The translations under genes and the position numbers were made by a program. From an uncultured virus (IMG/VR IMGVR_UViG_3300020048_000101) (lineage: Duplodnaviria; Heunggongvirae; Uroviricota; Caudoviricetes), in IMG/VR virus record IMGVR_UViG_3300020048_000101, positions 54,363 to 74,362 of that record: a stretch of DNA of 20,000 nucleotides; one strand, 5' to 3'. Shown here piece after piece: positions 8,549 through 15,810 of the stretch (positions within the stretch are counted from its first letter, which is position 1; the number at the start of each line of letters is the position of its first letter). Below the pieces are notes generated by a model, which searched no databases, had not been told where the DNA came from, and worked only from the letters and a program-made list of their open reading frames with translations.

Positions 8549-8564
8549 TGTCTACAATTTAAAA
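8476..8564 (+). repeat. Degenerate direct repeat pair GTCTAYAATTTAAAA, 64 bp apart
   Basis: Copies start at 8486 and 8550. The segment 8476-8503 matches the 28-bp array repeat at 19/28 positions. Confidence 0.55.
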
Positions 8565-8571
8565 TGAAACT

Positions 8572-9063
8572 ATGAAAATAATAATCAGTGAAGATAAACT
8601 TGAGAAGGTTCAAGAATTAATTCAAAAGCAAGGTGCTAAACGTACGATTCAATTAATGGGTGGTCCTCAGAATTTATTAAGACTATTTGGTGGTGGTTTA
8701 AAAGAATTTTATAAAACTACGGGTTATGTTCCATATAAGTTCGATTCGACAGGTGAGAATATGTATATAGATGAAATGTTAATTCAATCCCTTAATTTAG
8801 AAGATGTGTATGATTCTGGAAAAAATCTTGGTAATTTTAGATGGACTAGTAGTGGTATGGATTATAAGGTTAATACGGTAGTCACTAAACCTTTTAAAAG
8901 TAGAAATGGTCAAGAGTTACGGAGAGTTGTTGGGATAAGTGGTGATTCAGGATTTGGTGATTTATATGACAGGGGTATAAAAAAAAATACAATTGGTAAA
9001 CGAGGTAGAGCTCAGATTTTTAAACAAATCATTGAAAAATATAATTTAAATAGTTACTTATGA
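8572..9063 (+). CDS. Hypothetical protein, MKIIISE family
   Basis: MKIIISEDK...LIQKQG...QLMGG is shared with 8132..8548. Confidence 0.8.
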   Translation: MKIIISEDKLEKVQELIQKQGAKRTIQLMGGPQNLLRLFGGGLKEFYKTTGYVPYKFDSTGENMYIDEMLIQSLNLEDVYDSGKNLGNFRWTSSGMDYKVNTVVTKPFKSRNGQELRRVVGISGDSGFGDLYDRGIKKNTIGKRGRAQIFKQIIEKYNLNSYL

Positions 9064-9605
9064 AAATAATAATAAGAGAAAATCATATCAAAAAAGGTTT
9101 GTTTAAATATTTTGATAAAGAAAAGGAGAAAGGTAATCCTGTTAAAGTTGATGATAGTTTATATAAGTTATTTAGATTACCGTATTTAGATAACTCATTA
9201 TATGAATATTTGATTGAGTACAATGGTGGTTTAAAAAAATCAATTGAAAAAACTAAAAAATTAATCTCTAAATTACCAAATAATATACCATTCGAATCTC
9301 GATATGATGGTGAATTATTTTTTGGGATTTGGGATGAAAGTGAAATTAATGAATGGGGAGAACTTGAATTATCTGTTGATGTTTCAGGTGAGTTAAATAA
9401 CGCTCAGTTTTACGGTTATGATGAAGAAGATTATGTTTATAGAGACGCGTCACTATCTGAATATTATTTAGAGTCGAATGATATTGCTGAAGAAAGAGAA
9501 ATTAAGGATACATTAGAAATTGATATTAAACATTATCTATTGGATAATATAACAAAATATACAGGAATTCATATTGACATTAAAGAAATTGATATTGTTG
9601 ATTAA
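9060..9605 (+). CDS. Acidic hypothetical protein with MKIIIRE leader
   Basis: ORF track; ATGA overlap. Confidence 0.8.
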   Translation: MKIIIRENHIKKGLFKYFDKEKEKGNPVKVDDSLYKLFRLPYLDNSLYEYLIEYNGGLKKSIEKTKKLISKLPNNIPFESRYDGELFFGIWDESEINEWGELELSVDVSGELNNAQFYGYDEEDYVYRDASLSEYYLESNDIAEEREIKDTLEIDIKHYLLDNITKYTGIHIDIKEIDIVD

Positions 9606-9607
9606 TT

Positions 9608-9638
9608 AAAAACCCCCAACATAACATTGGGGGTTTTT
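9608..9638. terminator. Bidirectional intrinsic terminator
   Basis: AAAAACCCCCAA-CATAACA-TTGGGGGTTTTT between convergent genes. Confidence 0.85.
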
Positions 9639-9641
9639 GTT

Positions 9642-10139
9642 TTATAGTTTAGCAATTTGTATGTCATTGAACTTATAGAATGAAGTACCTTCTGTTTCAA
9701 GGATATCAATTCTGTCTTTATATCTTTTATTCATTGTGTCGGTAACTTTATAAACACCATTCTTTTTTCCGGCATTTTTAATCATTACCAAATCCCCATA
9801 ATTGAAATCTCCACCAAATTTTTTAAGTAGATTTCTACTCATAGCAATCCATTTATGTTCACTTGCTTTACGAGGATTGATTTTGAACATTCCTGCGGTT
9901 ATCAATGGGTCTTTATCACATTGACCTTTAACTGCGTAATACATTGTTGCGGTGATATGAAGTTTAACGACTTTACGTTCTTTAATTTTAACCTCATCTT
10001 TCACAGATTTTTTCACTTCACTAATCAATTCTTTTTTATTTGTTTTTTTAGATAAGTCCATCATATAAGTGACGTACTTGTGATAGAACATACCTAAGAC
10101 AAAGATAATAGTTGTGTTTCTCAATTCTTTCAGTTTCAT
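9642..10139 (-). CDS. 3D-domain (MltA-like) putative lytic transglycosylase with N-terminal anchor
   Basis: TATMY...ITA...IAMSR...YGD...VTDTM...RIDI pattern; hydrophobic N-terminus. Confidence 0.8.
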   Translation of the reverse strand: MKLKELRNTTIIFVLGMFYHKYVTYMMDLSKKTNKKELISEVKKSVKDEVKIKERKVVKLHITATMYYAVKGQCDKDPLITAGMFKINPRKASEHKWIAMSRNLLKKFGGDFNYGDLVMIKNAGKKNGVYKVTDTMNKRYKDRIDILETEGTSFYKFNDIQIAKL

Positions 10140-10166
10140 AGTATCTATTTTTATTGGTTATGGTTA

Positions 10167-10195
10167 CGAAGATAGTTAATAAAGTTAGATTTCAA
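10167..10195 (-). promoter_or_regulatory. Bacteroidota-type promoter (TTG-N18-TATCTTCG)
   Basis: One mismatch to TAnnTTTG; upstream of the 3D-domain gene. Confidence 0.5.
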
Positions 10196-10198
10196 GTA

Positions 10199-10229
10199 TT
10201 GTAAAAAATGAAAAAAATGATTATGTTTG
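10199..10229 (+). promoter_or_regulatory. Bacteroidota-type promoter (TTG-N20-TATGTTTG)
   Basis: Consensus -33/-7 match upstream of the ATG at 10251. Confidence 0.6.
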
Positions 10230-10250
10230 TTGAAATTAATATATGTGTTT

Positions 10251-10835
10251 ATGAAAAATTTATTATTAGGGTTTTGTTTGATGTTGGTATCATTAGTCTT
10301 TGGACAATCTGATGATGATACTCTTTTTTATGATATGTATTGGGTTAAAACAGATACTTTGCCTGATATGACTTTTAAGTTAAGTAAATATATCGAGGGT
10401 GACCCAAGTCCCGAATTTTTTATAAAGGAAAATATTACTAAGTGGGACACGATTGGGGTATTATCATATATTAGTCGACAAGTAATTGATTCGTTAAATA
10501 CTCTTAGAGTTAATAAAGGATTATCAGTTATTATAAATGACCCACTATATGGTGATGATGAATATACATATAAAGAAACAAGTGTCTTTGATAACGTGGG
10601 ACGAAGAAAAATGCCTTTAATGGCGTTGGACTTCTATTATGATATGGGTGAATGTACCTGTGTTAATGAAATTATTGCCGAAATAACTTCACATAAAGAT
10701 ATTATGAAACGTTTATTGTCTAAACGAAATAAAGTAATAAATGTTTGTGTTATTTTGGATAAAAAGACAAACGTATTCTCAACTTACGTCCAAGTTAAAA
10801 GGTTATTTGCATTAAGTTATTATATAGGGGATTAG
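10251..10835 (+). CDS. Secreted protein with weak CAP/SCP-like similarity
   Basis: Signal peptide MKNLLLGFCLMLVSLVFG-Q. LNTLRVNKGL resembles the first CAP helix. Start revised to the ATG at 10251. Confidence 0.65.
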   Translation: MKNLLLGFCLMLVSLVFGQSDDDTLFYDMYWVKTDTLPDMTFKLSKYIEGDPSPEFFIKENITKWDTIGVLSYISRQVIDSLNTLRVNKGLSVIINDPLYGDDEYTYKETSVFDNVGRRKMPLMALDFYYDMGECTCVNEIIAEITSHKDIMKRLLSKRNKVINVCVILDKKTNVFSTYVQVKRLFALSYYIGD

Positions 10836-10836
10836 T

Positions 10837-11532
10837 ATGAAGAAAAAGATTGTAGTGTTCACAGGTGCGGGAATTGATAAAGAATCAGGGATTAGCACTT
10901 TTCGTGACGTTCAGGATGGATTATGGGAAAATCATAATATAGATGACGTTTGTACACCATCAGGGTGGAGGAAAGACCGTGAGAAAGTTTTGAACTTTTA
11001 TAACGATAGACGTAAACAATTACCAACAGTTGAACCTAACTCAGCCCACACAGGTTTGGTTAAGTTAGAAGAGAAATATGATGTAACAATTGTTACCCAA
11101 AATGTTTCAGATTTACACGAAAGAGCGGGCTCATCAAAGATATTACATTTACACGGTGAGTTGACTAAGGCTAGAGGTTCTTTATCAAGTAAAGATACCA
11201 TACGTGACATTGGTTATGACGATATTAATGTTGGGGATAAGTGTAAACACGGTTCACAAGTAAGACCCCATATTGTATGGTTTGAAGAAATGCCATTCAA
11301 CGTTGAGGAAAGTTACGAAGTAATGATTGAAGCTGATGTTTTAATCATTATCGGAACTAGTTTAATGATTGGTTATACATTGAGTTTATTATCGAGTGTT
11401 AATGATGATTGTAAGATATATTACATTGACCCCCAACCTAGTAGATATTTAGACAAATATGGTAAAGATGTTACTTACATTGAGAAACCAGCAACTGAAG
11501 GTGTTGATTTAATTTTAAAAGAATTATTATGA
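10837..11532 (+). CDS. cobB: NAD-dependent protein deacylase, Sir2 family class III (CobB-like)
   Basis: TGAGI..ESG..TFR, FYNDRR, TQNVSDLHERAG, LHGEL, RPHIVWF and IGTSL motifs. Confidence 0.92.
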   Translation: MKKKIVVFTGAGIDKESGISTFRDVQDGLWENHNIDDVCTPSGWRKDREKVLNFYNDRRKQLPTVEPNSAHTGLVKLEEKYDVTIVTQNVSDLHERAGSSKILHLHGELTKARGSLSSKDTIRDIGYDDINVGDKCKHGSQVRPHIVWFEEMPFNVEESYEVMIEADVLIIIGTSLMIGYTLSLLSSVNDDCKIYYIDPQPSRYLDKYGKDVTYIEKPATEGVDLILKELL

Positions 11533-11912
11533 AAAGGAATATACCTGATATGGGTAACCAATTATTATTCTATATGGATAAGGATAGAACGCCTGAAAAG
11601 TATGAAGAAACTATGATTAATCTTGAGAAAAAGATTGAGAAAGATATGATTGGGGTTCTATCTAAAATGGGGATTAATGCAACAGTTAAGACTGACAGAT
11701 ATTCATTACCATTTCAGGGTCAAATTAAAACAACACAAAATGGTGAATCGTATTTGAATGGTGCGTTTGAATCATTTCAATTATATCGTAAAGTTCTATA
11801 TAAAATGGTTGAGTTGAATGTTTATAAAGTTAGATTTTATATCTTTGCTGAGGTTGAGGATTCATTCCCGATGGGTAAAGTAAATTATTATTTCAAGTAT
11901 TATGTTCACTAA
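11529..11912 (+). CDS. Hypothetical protein
   Basis: ORF track; ATGA overlap with the sirtuin. Confidence 0.75.
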   Translation: MKRNIPDMGNQLLFYMDKDRTPEKYEETMINLEKKIEKDMIGVLSKMGINATVKTDRYSLPFQGQIKTTQNGESYLNGAFESFQLYRKVLYKMVELNVYKVRFYIFAEVEDSFPMGKVNYYFKYYVH

Positions 11913-11929
11913 AAATTAAATTAAAGATT

Positions 11930-12115
11930 ATGAAATTACTTAAAATTGAGGACCATAAATATCATATCATTTATGTTAATGATAATGAAAAATATGATAT
12001 TTATAGACGAATTGACGAGTTTACTTGGCACATATTTCGTAGAGACAAATGGAAACAATTAGATGATTATTTAAACTTGGAAACGATGTTTAATGAACAA
12101 ATGTTAAATAAATAA
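11930..12115 (+). CDS. Small hypothetical protein
   Basis: ORF track, 61 aa. Confidence 0.7.
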   Translation: MKLLKIEDHKYHIIYVNDNEKYDIYRRIDEFTWHIFRRDKWKQLDDYLNLETMFNEQMLNK

Positions 12116-12122
12116 TTATATT

Positions 12123-12443
12123 ATGAAAAGTGTATTTTTTGTTATAGGGGTTATGTCATTTTTATCTTCTTGTATTAAGAAACAATATGGTTGTGTTCTT
12201 AATAAAACAGGTTTGTTTGAAGTTAATAATGAATCAGGTGTTACTGCAAAATTTGTTCTAATACAAAAGACCGATACTATTAGTGAAACTATATTACCTT
12301 GGACTAATTATCAATATACAATTAAGGCGGGCGTGGTAACTAAAGCAACGGTGTATGTTGCGGATACAATATATCGTCAATCAATGGATGGTTGGAAAAT
12401 AAAAAGATGTCAGTTAGATGGTGATTTAATTAGGGTTAAATGA
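12123..12443 (+). CDS. Lipoprotein
   Basis: MKSVFFVIGVMSFLSS-C lipobox. Confidence 0.75.
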   Translation: MKSVFFVIGVMSFLSSCIKKQYGCVLNKTGLFEVNNESGVTAKFVLIQKTDTISETILPWTNYQYTIKAGVVTKATVYVADTIYRQSMDGWKIKRCQLDGDLIRVK

Positions 12444-12640
12444 TGGATGATTTGGAATATAATTATGCTAAAATTATTGATGACGAAGGTGTCGTGAATG
12501 GTGTCGCCCAAATGGAACTTGGGTCTAAGAATGAAGAAAATATCGTTAATTGGTGTGTCGATAATAATATGACATTACTAAAGATATCCAAAGAAGAATT
12601 TGATGACTTTGAGGGTGATGAAACTTATGAAATTGAATAA
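12440..12640 (+). CDS. Small acidic hypothetical protein
   Basis: ORF track; overlaps the previous stop. Confidence 0.7.
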   Translation: MMDDLEYNYAKIIDDEGVVNGVAQMELGSKNEENIVNWCVDNNMTLLKISKEEFDDFEGDETYEIE

Positions 12641-12646
12641 TATAAA

Positions 12647-12787
12647 ATGATGAGAATAATAATTTTATCTATAATAATGTTAATTACAAGTTGCGCTACG
12701 GCACCATCTAAAGGTTGTGGTTATTATAGGTCACAACAAAAAAAATTAACGAAGTATCATAGACAACATAAACACCATTCAAGATAA
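12647..12787 (+). CDS. Mini lipoprotein (46 aa) with a basic His-rich tail
   Basis: Hand-translated MMRIIILSIIMLITS-CATAPSKGCGYYRSQQKKLTKYHRQHKHHSR. Confidence 0.7.
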   Translation: MMRIIILSIIMLITSCATAPSKGCGYYRSQQKKLTKYHRQHKHHSR

Positions 12788-12870
12788 TGAAAAAGATAAT
12801 AATAGGACTGATATCCTTTACAATAGGTTTTATAGTAATGCAAATTATATTACACTATTTAATTAACTAA
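12787..12870 (+). CDS. 27-aa single-pass membrane peptide
   Basis: MKKIIIGLISFTIGFIVMQIILHYLIN. TAATG coupling upstream; ends 2 nt before the next ATG. Confidence 0.6.
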   Translation: MKKIIIGLISFTIGFIVMQIILHYLIN

Positions 12871-12872
12871 TT

Positions 12873-13541
12873 ATGAAAAAAAATACTATAATTACCGATT
12901 GGTTGGACCAATATGGTGACCCTGAGATTGACAAAAAGGTTGAGATTGAACTTATGAATATAATGAGGAGACAACTCAAGACAGAACATACTCAGGAGTT
13001 AAAAGATTACTTCAATGACCTACAAGAAAAATACAAAAAAGAAGATGGTGAATTCGAAAAACCTTTTATAGTTTATTTGGATATTGATGGTGTGTTGGTT
13101 TCCTATTTAAAGTTGAGGGATTTTGATGATGATGGTCGTCATTCATTCGTTCCCACGGCGGTTGAGACCCTAAACACTATCATTTCAATGTTCAATGCTC
13201 ACATATGTGTCGTCTCAACTTGGGGTCGAAGTTACAGAGATAGACCTGATGAATTTAAAGATTTTCTAATTAGTCGGGGAATTATTGTTAATGGTCTGAC
13301 TATTGGTGATTGTGATGATAGAGCGGGTTATGTTCTGAAGATGAAATCAGAGGGTTACAGACGTTTTCTCATCATAGACGATGAAGTATTAGAATATTAC
13401 AAAAGAGTGTCTGAAATTGGATATAATCGTATTCTCTATTCGAATTCTTGGAGATGCCTTGATGAATATGATTTGGTTGGTGTGTCAAGAAATTTTAATA
13501 GAATTAATGGGTCCGAATATCCTGAGAAATTAATTAACTAA
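12873..13541 (+). CDS. HAD-domain protein (HAD_SAK-like) with N-terminal extension
   Basis: YLDIDGVL, VVSTWG and LIIDDE motifs. Confidence 0.8.
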   Translation: MKKNTIITDWLDQYGDPEIDKKVEIELMNIMRRQLKTEHTQELKDYFNDLQEKYKKEDGEFEKPFIVYLDIDGVLVSYLKLRDFDDDGRHSFVPTAVETLNTIISMFNAHICVVSTWGRSYRDRPDEFKDFLISRGIIVNGLTIGDCDDRAGYVLKMKSEGYRRFLIIDDEVLEYYKRVSEIGYNRILYSNSWRCLDEYDLVGVSRNFNRINGSEYPEKLIN

Positions 13542-13546
13542 CGTTG

Positions 13547-13553
13547 TATTTAT
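13547..13553 (+). promoter_or_regulatory. TATTTAT motif 4 nt before ATG
   Basis: TATTTATTTGTATG, identical to 14379-14392. Confidence 0.55.
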
Positions 13554-13557
13554 TTGT

Positions 13558-14121
13558 ATGGATAAAAAAGAATCGTTAAGAAGTAAAATTGATAAATTTG
13601 GTTTAGAACAAGTTAGTCAGATTTTACATATGTCAAAAATTAAATTGGCTAGATATAGTGACTATCCTGTGGATAATATTGAGATAATTTATGATTTACT
13701 ATTGGATTTATACAAAGAAATGTATAACAGACCTGGTGGTAATTTTATGTATAAAGAATTTTCGATATCTTATGATAATTTTGATGGGTTGTTGATTTGG
13801 AATAATGGTCATTTTGTTCAAAATAATGGTGGTGGTGTATCTTTTGAATTTTACGCAACACCATTTTATAACGCCGAACCTATTGTTCCGATTACTTTAT
13901 CTAATGTTTGGATTGATAATATTGATAATATTGATGATGGTGAAGCGATGGAAATTATTGATGAAATTGATGATGAATATTATGATTCTTACCGTGTTGA
14001 TTATAAACAATTAGATAGTGTTGATAAATTAATTGAATGGTTTCATAACATTTATCTACCAAGAACGTATGATAGAATTTATGGTATGATGAGTGAAATA
14101 ATTAAAAACAACAAATTATAG
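13558..14121 (+). CDS. Hypothetical protein, N-terminus related to 14390..14854
   Basis: SLRSKIDKFG aligns with SLQSKIKKMVDKFG. Confidence 0.8.
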   Translation: MDKKESLRSKIDKFGLEQVSQILHMSKIKLARYSDYPVDNIEIIYDLLLDLYKEMYNRPGGNFMYKEFSISYDNFDGLLIWNNGHFVQNNGGGVSFEFYATPFYNAEPIVPITLSNVWIDNIDNIDDGEAMEIIDEIDDEYYDSYRVDYKQLDSVDKLIEWFHNIYLPRTYDRIYGMMSEIIKNNKL

Positions 14122-14149
14122 AAAGGTAATAACAGTTACTCTTTTTTTT
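14122..14149 (+). terminator. Probable weak intrinsic terminator
   Basis: AAAGGTAAT-AACA-GTTACTCTTT followed by a T run. Confidence 0.5.
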
Positions 14150-14151
14150 AT

Positions 14152-14159
14152 TACATTTG
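14152..14159 (+). promoter_or_regulatory. Bacteroidota-type -7 element TACATTTG
   Basis: TAnnTTTG match upstream of the ATG at 14175. Confidence 0.55.
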
Positions 14160-14174
14160 GTAAAAAAACTAATT

Positions 14175-14378
14175 ATGTTAATTACAATCGCGATTCTAAG
14201 TTCTATTGGAATGATATTAAGTATCATTGACCATTCAAGTAAAGGTAAAATTGATGTTAACCTATTATTCCCCACAATCCTAACATTATCCTTATGGGAG
14301 ATTAATTTAACATTATCAATAGTAACCATAGTTTTTACTGTAATAGTTGGTTTAATTGGATATATTACAAATGATTGA
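14175..14378 (+). CDS. Small membrane protein (67 aa)
   Basis: Two or more hydrophobic segments. Start revised to the ATG at 14175. Confidence 0.65.
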   Translation: MLITIAILSSIGMILSIIDHSSKGKIDVNLLFPTILTLSLWEINLTLSIVTIVFTVIVGLIGYITND

Positions 14379-14385
14379 TATTTAT
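14379..14385 (+). promoter_or_regulatory. TATTTAT motif 4 nt before ATG
   Basis: TATTTATTTGTATG. Confidence 0.55.
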
Positions 14386-14389
14386 TTGT

Positions 14390-14854
14390 ATGAAAAAATT
14401 GATTAGACAAATCTTAAATGAAGATAATTCTTTACAATCGAAAATTAAAAAAATGGTTGATAAGTTTGGTATTCTACATACTATTAAAGGTTTTGGTGGG
14501 TATGATAAATTTGATAAATTATTACCTAAATATTTTGAGGATAAGTCACATAGAATTGATTTGATAAATCAAATATGTGAATCTGAAGAAGAAGATAGTG
14601 GTGGATACATTTATTTTTATGAATTAAATGGTGATGATATTGGATATGAAGATTGGATGGAAGATGGTGTTGAATACAATAGTGTTTTAACTTATGTCCA
14701 AACTAATCAAGCCGTTGGTCAAACTTATATGAGAGATGCTGATGAAGAAGAATTTTATGATGAAGCTATTGATACTTTCATAGTCCCACTTAATCAATTA
14801 CCTGAGAAAAAATTAAATAAAATATTTGAATTATTAGTGTATCATTATTCATAA
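14390..14854 (+). CDS. Acidic hypothetical protein with MKKLIRQILNE leader
   Basis: Start revised to the ATG at 14390. Shares the KxG...GG module with the genes at 8132 and 8572. Confidence 0.8.
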   Translation: MKKLIRQILNEDNSLQSKIKKMVDKFGILHTIKGFGGYDKFDKLLPKYFEDKSHRIDLINQICESEEEDSGGYIYFYELNGDDIGYEDWMEDGVEYNSVLTYVQTNQAVGQTYMRDADEEEFYDEAIDTFIVPLNQLPEKKLNKIFELLVYHYS

Positions 14855-14935
14855 AAGGATGTCAGTCCTCCTAACTTACAATCTGACCATTAAGAATCGG
14901 GTGAGTCGATTCGGGTTAAATTCCCCAATTAAATA
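14855..14935. ncRNA. Candidate structured RNA element
   Basis: Stems GTCAG/CTGAC, GAATCGG/TCGATTC and GGG/CCC in an unusually long, GC-richer intergenic gap. Confidence 0.3.
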
Positions 14936-14944
14936 GATGAAAAT

Positions 14945-14975
14945 AAAAACCTCCAATAACCTTGGGGGTTTTTTT
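14945..14975 (+). terminator. Intrinsic terminator
   Basis: AAAAACCTCCAA-TAACC-TTGGGGGTTTTT followed by further Ts. Confidence 0.8.
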
Positions 14976-14991
14976 ATTTTACTTATATTTG
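14962..14991 (+). promoter_or_regulatory. Bacteroidota-type promoter (TTG-N19-TATATTTG)
   Basis: Consensus match; the TTG lies within the terminator arm. Confidence 0.6.
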
Positions 14992-15001
14992 TTAAAAAAA
15001 G

Positions 15002-15271
15002 ATGGTTAAAGAATTGAATATTGGTAAGTTGAATATTGAATTTGTGTTCAGACATAGGTGGGAGAAAAATCAAAGGTTTCTTTCCAATCAGTTTCGTACT
15101 AATGAATTAGGTTTATTTTGGAGGAAAGATATGGTTGTTGGTAGAAGAAAGAAAGGTAAAGCAATGTTTGATTCCGATAATATGGTCCCATCTTATATGT
15201 TTGGGGTTAATTTGATTATCTGTAAATTTTGGTTTAATATTGGTTTTAATTCATTAGATATAAAAATATGA
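15002..15271 (+). CDS. Hypothetical phage protein
   Basis: ORF track (FVFRHRWEK). Confidence 0.75.
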   Translation: MVKELNIGKLNIEFVFRHRWEKNQRFLSNQFRTNELGLFWRKDMVVGRRKKGKAMFDSDNMVPSYMFGVNLIICKFWFNIGFNSLDIKI

Positions 15272-15810
15272 CTTTAGCTGAAAAACTTAAACAAAGATTG
15301 ATTTTTGAGGTTGAAAGAATTGCCTGTAAATGTCAAATATATTATAATCCGAACACTAGAAGTATTTGGTTTATCAATCCTGAAACAAAATTTTGGTATT
15401 TTGAATACTCATTAAATGGTGATTTATGGTGGAGATATACTGGTTTTAATATTTTTAAAGATTTATATCGAATGGATGATAAAACATTTAATAATATTAT
15501 TTCTGAATGGGTGGAAGAGGCCCTAAATTGTAAGGTAGTTGGAACACTAGCAATGTTGAATCCACCTGAAGGAACGGTGGAAGAGACCCTAAATTGTAAG
15601 GTACTCTCAACAAGATTTGTAAATATGGACGCATCATTGAAGGTGGAAGAGGCCCTAAATTGTAAGGTACTCACAACTGCTAGGGCTTTTACAGATTCAA
15701 CCCTATTGGTGGAAGAGACCCTAAAATGTAAGGTAATAACAATTGAACCTTATGAACCTTTCAACGAAGTTAATACTTATAAAATAATTAATGAAAGTCA
15801 AACAATATGA
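15268..15810 (+). CDS. Hypothetical protein with four 22-aa C-terminal units (VEE[AT]L[NK]CKV plus a variable segment)
   Basis: ATGA overlaps at both ends; internal repeats; paralog of 1464..1832. Confidence 0.8.
   Translation: MTLAEKLKQRLIFEVERIACKCQIYYNPNTRSIWFINPETKFWYFEYSLNGDLWWRYTGFNIFKDLYRMDDKTFNNIISEWVEEALNCKVVGTLAMLNPPEGTVEETLNCKVLSTRFVNMDASLKVEEALNCKVLTTARAFTDSTLLVEETLKCKVITIEPYEPFNEVNTYKIINESQTI
15510..15735 (+). repeat. Array of four 28-bp direct repeats GGTGGAAGAG[G/A]CCCTAAA[T/A]TGTAAGGTA with three distinct 38-bp spacers
   Basis: Copies at 15510, 15576, 15642 and 15708; exact 66-bp period. Confidence 0.95.

Noticed and set aside
10837..11912. Sir2-based defence system (Thoeris/DSR type)
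   Set aside because: The protein is a compact CobB-type deacylase with no TIR, HerA or Argonaute partner nearby.
14175..14378. Holin call for the small membrane protein
   Set aside because: No adjacent endolysin, no charged C-terminal tail, and a host-type promoter motif; hydrophobicity alone is insufficient.
12804..14869. 16-nt near-match AGGACTGAYATCCTTT between 12804 (+) and ~14855-14868 (minus)
   Set aside because: A 15/16 match is expected by chance in 20 kb of AT-rich DNA, and there is no other support.
1487..15073. Overlapping ORF-track entries (1487, 1809, 3494, 4692, 4819, 6775, 7872, 9855, 10998, 13805, 14102, 14876)
   Set aside because: They overlap better-supported genes or terminators in other frames or strands and have no recognisable motifs.
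15342..15674. Antisense 110-aa ORF across the array
   Set aside because: Shadow of the + strand gene, prolonged by the repeats; no independent start signals.
15510..15735. Calling the array a canonical CRISPR
   Set aside because: No cas genes or leader in the window, only a weak palindrome, and the array is in frame in a gene coupled at both ends, with spacers sharing some 5' bases. Kept as a repeat and a finding instead.
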